The notes below the pieces were generated by a model, which made no database searches, had not been told where the DNA came from, and worked only from the letters and a program-made list of their open reading frames with translations. From Lytechinus pictus (lineage: Eukaryota), in NCBI RefSeq assembly GCF_037042905.1, contig NC_087252.1:992001-1054000 (forward strand): a stretch of DNA of 62,000 nucleotides, read 5' to 3'. Both the position numbers and the translations under genes were made by a program. Below, one piece after another: positions 61,672-62,000 of the stretch; the stretch's first letter is position 1, and the number at the start of each line of letters is the position of its first letter.

Positions 61672-62000
61672 TGTGATATGACTGTCGTGCACATTTTAGT
61701 AGATATACCAAACTATGCACAGCAAATTCTCTTCATTTGCATTTTGTCGTGTTTGTTTTTAACATTATTCTTATATCGTATTCATGTTATACTTAGTCAC
61801 TGACATGATGATCTTGTTTTAGCCTGGCTTCTATTAAGTCAAGCATTTTGATTACGATGACTGGCCTCTGCATTCTCATCACTTGTACTTGTTTATTTAT
61901 GAATTTTATCAATGAAATTATTTCTAGTGTAATCTAAATGTTGCGTTGCAATATGATAGAAATGTTGGTTTTATTCGCTATCGCAGATTTGCATTTTTAT
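61672..62000 (+). repeat. Direct repeat of 45272-45606, running off the window end
   Basis: Near-identical sequence. Confidence 0.9.

Overview
Animal (eukaryotic) genomic DNA with GT-AG introns and dense repeats. The repeat landscape resembles a sea urchin/echinoderm, which is inference only. Three spliced + strand genes can be rebuilt by hand: a 4-exon SLC16/MCT-like MFS transporter (981-17790, ~522 aa), and two tandem paralogous secreted proteins with signal peptide + 4 non-canonical C-type lectin domains + a C-terminal PAN/Apple-like domain (31736-44433, ~585 aa; 47363-56147, ~592 aa). Introns and intergenic DNA hold an L1/Tx1 ORF2 insertion with a 12-bp TSD, several CR1/L2-group LINEs, tRNA-derived SINEs with swapped tails, a Helentron-type HINE, Crypton-like hairpin elements, many MITEs (often nested) and micro/minisatellites. 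The most notable signals are: (1) a near full-length LINE whose ORF reads signal-peptide-like leader - 2A StopGo motif (GDVETNPGP) - PHD - APE - RT; (2) two unrelated TATG...CATA fold-back elements with 6-bp TSDs and palindromic internal arrays, each inserted in the stem of a Crypton-like terminal hairpin; (3) the 4xCTLD-PAN gene pair lacking EPN/QPD motifs. Coordinates were read by eye, so repeat boundaries are approximate, and family assignments were not database-checked.
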